Part shown: one piece after another, positions 59,090 to 64,000 of the stretch
Numbering within the stretch: the stretch's first letter is position 1
Layout: every line of letters begins with the position of its first letter
Source of the DNA: an uncultured Synergistaceae bacterium
Lineage (GTDB): Bacteria; Synergistota; Synergistia; Synergistales; Dethiosulfovibrionaceae
Assembly: GCA_964604125.1 (NCBI GenBank)
Contig: CAZRXR010000003.1
Coordinates: 2,593-66,592, forward strand
Length of the DNA stretch: 64,000 nt
Reading direction: 5' to 3'
Program-made: the position numbers and the translations under genes
The notes under the pieces: generated by a model
The model's database searches: none
Seen by the model: only the letters and a program-made list of their open reading frames with translations
Told to the model about the DNA's origin: nothing

Positions 59090-59922
59090 GCATAAAAGAC
59101 GCTCATTATCAAATGCTCAAATCCTAACTATAAGGACGCCTCGGAAATCTGTATGTTGTTTCCTGCCTTTGGACTAAGAGAATACGCCCAACTCGATGTC
59201 TAGCATCAGTCTGAGCGTACATCTTCACGTCTCTTTATTCCTGCGATGAAATGAGATAAGATCGTTCTGATTACTTTTAAACTTCACTTGTCGGCAAGGC
59301 CAGTTCAAACTTCGCGACACACCTTAACGTGATAAATCATTTCCCTTACGCCCCCTAAGTAAACTAGAAATCTTGTCGGTATTCTTGTCGTTATTAAGTC
59401 TACCTCGTTCACCCATGATTTGCCGTCCAGCGAGCGATCTCTCGATCCGAATCTCATTTTTTTATCAGCCAAGCTTCGATCGCGCGGCGTTCGTTTTCAG
59501 TTTTTGTTTTATCATGGTAAATTTGAGTCGAGGTTTGCTTGAGTAATACGGGCTTCAAGTCGTCTCGCGCTGTATCGCAAACTTAAAGTAATAAAAGGAT
59601 AGAGAAAACAACCGTAAATTTCATCTTCTTTACCAGCATGAAAGATATCAAGCCGGATAAGAAACTGCGGACACCTCGCTTCCCTTTGGATCTACCCTAC
59701 CCGGGACAGGAAGTGTTTTCGTCCGCTTGCTCACCGTGCAGATGTTTTAAACCTCGATGCTACAGGCTTTACTGTCATATCGTACGATTAGGGTTTCAAA
59801 GACATGAGCCCTACCCACTGATGTGCCACAAATGCGTTCAGAAAAATAACAGCGAACTGAGGAAAGTTCTGTTAAGGCTGAGTTGCTCAGACAAAACAGA
59901 AAGGCATGCGGCGCTATTCGTC

Positions 59923-60720
59923 ATGAATAAGACGAAACAAACCATCCACTATAGGCGATCCCTAATCCGATATGCGAAAAAACACAGCGTCATAAAAGCC
60001 GCATTGCTTTATCATAGTAACCGCCGGTACGTCTACCGTTGGACGAAGCGTTATGGCGCTTTTCTTCAATCCCGCGCGGCTCGCTATCATCAGTTACACT
60101 GCCATCCTAATCAACGCTAACTGAAACTCATCCGAAGTATGCCCTGCGGAAACCCCAACACTAGTTTGGTAGCCTTATAGGTCAATATCCGCCAACGAGG
60201 TCACTCTGAATCTATCTTTCAGGCTGTTCCGTACCCTGCATCGCATGGACTGTATGACAATACCCCCCCCACACAATCCCAAGTACATTACTAAACCTTA
60301 TGAGCGGATATTCTGTTCCGCCTCAGAGGGTACACGTAGACGAAAAACACGTCCCCGTCTTCTGTCTCACGGGAGATGTTCTCGGACGGATAGTTTATCG
60401 ATACACCTTTCTCGAGGAGAGCAGCCATTTTAGCTATTTGGAGGGCTTTAAGGAGTTCAGCATATACTTTTCCGCAGTCTTTCAGCAAACGTGACGTTTC
60501 AGTCTTCACTTATGTAGTTGAGGGCGTTCGCTTCGGACTGAGTTCTTGATTTCACCAACAGGCTGAAGCCTTTCGGCTCGAAAAAGCTCACGCTCTTTGA
60601 GACGTCGCTTGATCTCCACGCTACAGGGCACAAACTCATCCGCTCTTTGACACCCCTCTTAAGAAAATGTCGAACGTAGCTACTAGCTACCGCAAGGACA
60701 ACGCGATGGGTCTTTGTCCA
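59923..60720 (+). mobile_element. Degraded IS481-like (DDE integrase core) transposase
   Basis: Across frames: MNKTKQTIHYRRSLIRYAKK...YVYRW..RY...HPNQ; KYITKPYE; QRVHVDEKHVP; YRYTF.EE.S...YLE.FKE; DFTNRL; HKLIR; VERS; multiple stops and frameshifts. Confidence 0.75.
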
Positions 60721-60773
60721 TTATAAAAAGCGATGGAGGGGAGGATATTCCGCGTAGGCCGTGACGAAAAAAT

Positions 60774-61226
60774 TTACCCGATCAGCCGCGCGAGGTCGTT
60801 CAGGAGGCAGTCGATCCAGTCCAGACGGTGGGCGGAAAAAGCCGCTGTATATTTTAAACCGCCGCCCGTGGCCACGAGGACGGCGCTCTCTCCCTCGCCC
60901 ACGATACCGGAAGCGCGGGCGGCGCGCAGCGCCCCGAGCGGCACGCACGACGCCGGCAGCGCGAAAAGCCCCGCGCGCGCCATAACGCGGTCGCCGTTTG
61001 GCGGGAACGGGTTGTCGATCGCGTGCGCGATCGTCTCCGCGCGTGGAGCGCGGCAAACGCGACCGCCGTTTTGGAACGCCGTCACGATCGGCGAGTTGTT
61101 CTTCGCCTGCGCGCAGAGAAAGCGGGGCATCGCGCGCGTATATCCCGCGCGCAGCAGATCCTCGAAACCGTTGACGATGCCCAGGATGTTCCCGCTGGCG
61201 CTGACGGGCACGACAACCCAGTCGGG
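60774..61226 (-). pseudogene. Threonine-synthase-like (PLP fold II) C-terminal fragment
   Basis: PDWVVVPVSASGNI, AQA..NSPIV, TIAHAI..P.P.NG, VLVATGGGLK; stop codon just upstream, PLP-lysine region absent; host-like high GC. Confidence 0.75.
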
Positions 61227-63557
61227 TTAGTCAAAGGATCGCCCTTTATTTTTTACCGAGCTAAACTCTTGGCTCGCCGATCTTTCGTCTTTTTTCCGCT
61301 TCTTCGCTTCTTCTCTTTTGTCCCTCAGATGCGCCTTAATGAAACCGATTGTCCATCCTCGTGCGTCGATGTCGTTCCAAACGCGCTATGCAACTCTCCC
61401 TCGTAGAAAAATACTTCGCTGTCTTTTTTCAGACTCTCAAACGCTCTATGGTTTCTACCATGCCTTCTTTTGCATTGTAAGTCCTCTTTTTCCCCATCCC
61501 CCCTTCCTCCGACGCTTTCTTCATTCACCTCCCCGCGCTTCGAGCGTCACTTCAGGAATAAACTGTCTAAGACACTGCGCGCACGATCGACCCCATCTTC
61601 CCCACCGCCGCGCGGTAACGGTAAAATCTCTACAGCCGCTTCTCCCAACCCGTACGCTCATCAAAATCTACACATAGTCTCAGATTTTGTCATAAAGGCC
61701 GCTGACAGCGCTTTTCCTCAAACCTGCCTGCCTTGCGTGTCGTCGCTCTTTTCTTCTTTCTCTTAATTCAGCCCATGTCGATCAACGTCCGAACGCTGAA
61801 TTTTTTACGCTCATTTCGTCGCGGCAACCGCAGTAAGTATCAGTGTGTCAGCAACGCAGAGACCGCTCAGCGCTAAAAGAAAGAAATTATAATCTCCCAT
61901 GCGTTAGCCCGTGATACATTCTCGACGACCGTCCGTCTCTTAACAGAGTGAAAAACGCCGTTTTCTCTCACATCGTCAGTTTGCGTTTGCGAGTAAAGTC
62001 CGAATTCGTCCCGTTGTTCAATCTTCACTATCCTTCCTCCTTCCGTCGCTGTCTCAGTGAAGAAAGCCTCCGCACCCTTGCGCAATTTCCGTCAGTTTCC
62101 TTGTCATGCTGGAGTTTTAGCATCAAGCACAGCGGCTCCTCATTCTGCCAGACCCTTGTAATACGTTTTACCGACGTGGCGCGTTTCCTTGATGAGTATC
62201 AGCGGCGTGTGCCGCTTCTCGTCCCAGCACGTCATTCCCAACTTTTCCTCTGCTGCCCATACGCACCAACCGTCGCTCACGCCGCTTCCCCAAAGCGCGC
62301 AGATCACCGTCCTCGCGTCGCAGATACGCAGCGGAGTTCAGATACTCCGCGCGCATTGAGTTATCGCGAATGTTTAATTTCTCGCGCTGTCACGTGCGGT
62401 GCGCGTCTTTTGGAAGAAGTTGCCTCTTTTCTGTCTACACGCTGTGGTAAATCTGAATTTTGTTCACGTTTCCGCTTTCAACCTTGTCCTGCATCAAGAA
62501 GTAGAGAATGATGTCGGCTCGCTTGCGCTATATACCGTGTTTGGCTTTTCTCTGCAAAATAATCACTTGACCCTTAACCGCGTGCGAAAGTACGCTATCG
62601 TAAAGAAACTCCCGACACAATTAGTGCTGACGCCCTCGCAGTGCAGACAGCGCCGCTCGCGCGTATTCTTCGGCTGTATTTGATGGATAGATACTGTCGC
62701 TGTCCAGTTACCTTCCCGAATCCCGCGAAACAATTCGTGCCTGATCCATGAAGTAACAATTTCGTTGAAGGGATTATAGTGAACAATGTCGCTTCTCCAG
62801 CTTAATTTAAAGTAAACGGAATGACTTCGCTACCGTTGCGGAAATCAGTTTCATAATCTTGAACAGAATGTTTTACACGAAAACTCTTAAAGTATATGAC
62901 ATATATTATTATAAAGGATGCTTTTTTTCTGTAGGTATGTTTTTAGTGAGCGTCCGTTACATTCTCATTCAAATCAGACAATATCTATACGAAATTATTC
63001 AAGATTCGCGAATATTTTCCGAGCACTCCGTCGTCGGCGGCGTCAATCTCAAGCCAGCAAAACAAACAGTGATATCGCACACGCTGCAGAAAACCCCCTC
63101 GCCTAAAAACGCACAAAAAAAATCCCGTTCCGCCGAAACGGGTAAAACAGGGGATCATCTGTCAAAAATCTTTCTTCAGATTGCGAATTTTAGTTTGCGG
63201 ATTTTAGTGTCCTCTCGCTCTCTAACAAGCAGACTATAAGTATCCCCAAACTTAACAACGTCAGCGTCACGCTACAGCCAAAGCGGGCAGAAATTGAACA
63301 CGATGTTACATTGCCCCTTCTTAATAGGCAATGCCATTGCCATGTACATATACCACGTAGAAAGTACGTTTCTTTTGCCGTAAGCAGAGATTTTCCGACT
63401 TTTACGTAGGGCACGCTGACACAAAGATAAAGGATTAAGTTTTTATACTCCTTCGGCAAGTCATTGAATTTGCGTTGAGGCCCCAGCTCCGAACTATCAT
63501 CAACTACGTGAACAATTTAGTTTGGCTTTTGTGGCGATTTCCGTTTTACAGTTAACA

Positions 63558-64000
63558 ATGAATTTTACTGATAAAGAAGTGAGGCGTCTTTTAGTGTATT
63601 ATTGTCATTCGGGCTGCTATGACGCGGCAAAAGGTGGTATGACGGGTATCGTTTGACAAAAATGAAATGTACTCCCCCTTGGACGTAGAGAACTATTGTA
63701 ATACTCTCTTAGACGATCCAAATGCGGAATCGGAAGATTACTGGATCAACACCAGCGGCAATGACGTGATCAACGTTTCGTAGCTATAACGGACGACGCG
63801 ACCCGGCGGGAGATTGAAATCCTGGTTGCGTGAGATGTATTCGAAAAGGAGATTCACGGAGACCTCAACTACTCCGAGATTTATTACACCATTGACAATT
63901 TGTGGACTCTACTCTATACGACCGGCTATCTGACACAGCAAGGCAGGACGCTCGAAGGAGCATTGAAGCTCAAAATCCCCAACCTTGAAGTGCGGAACGT
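63558..64000 (+). pseudogene. AAA-ATPase-like / PD-(D/E)XK-associated protein remnant (runs off window)
   Basis: Across frames: FTDKEVRRLL.YY, WYDGYR, YSP.DV.NYC, DYWINTSGND, NLWTLLYTTGYLT, LKIPNLEVRN; frameshifts and a TGA. Confidence 0.8.

Larger units (their letters stand above)
57940..64000. other. AT-richer decayed accessory region (pseudogene graveyard)
   Basis: Abrupt visible drop in GC after the NCS2 stop; no long intact ORFs; many frameshifted remnants. Confidence 0.8.

Noticed and set aside
62140-62300. Minus-strand HTPLILIKETRHVGKTYY resembles the AAA_14/DUF4143 Walker A region (KPLILxGARQVGKT)
   Set aside because: It is one short degenerate patch with no supporting downstream motifs and needs BLASTx.
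63190-63510. Minus-strand RKFNDLPKEYKNLIL resembles a DUF262 (GmrS-like) segment
   Set aside because: Too short, and the DGQQR motif was not found.

Overview
High-GC bacterial chromosomal segment. The taxon is probably Synergistota: this is inferred from a diderm TolC/RND pump alongside Firmicutes-type traits (L27 N-terminal extension plus Prp, RemA, RicT/PSP1, LCP) and many peptidases and TAXI-TRAP genes. Bases 1-57.9 kb are mostly housekeeping: ileS 5' end, a three-gene flavoprotein/Fe-S module, glpX, purB, ftsY, ricT, holB, tmk, M18/M20 peptidases, ychJ, DUF1846, typA, gpsA, ferredoxin, TAXI-TRAP, the nif3-scpAB-rluB-cmk-plsC-hflX-yloC-remA-gmk-rpoZ-priA-der run, an RND/TolC/MFP pump, clpB, birA, the rplU-prp-rpmA-obgE-nadD-LCP-rsfS run, hpf, an aminotransferase and an NCS2 permease. 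From about 57.94 kb to the end is an AT-richer graveyard: a broken RelB/DinJ-like antitoxin next to an intact YoeB/Txe toxin, an IS481-like transposase remnant, a threonine-synthase-like fragment and an AAA-ATPase pseudogene. The top finding is a complete ribosome-stalling attenuator upstream of ileS: promoter, SD, a 29-aa leader with four consecutive Ile codons, and mutually exclusive antiterminator/terminator stems, with no T-box. Other highlights are two paralogous <60-aa membrane microproteins missed by the ORF track, a PriA with all ATPase motifs eroded, tandem CtsR-like boxes over the clpB promoter, and a sigma70 promoter embedded in the purB coding sequence. No rRNA, tRNA or CRISPR array was recognised. 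All protein family calls come from motif recognition by eye, not database searches.
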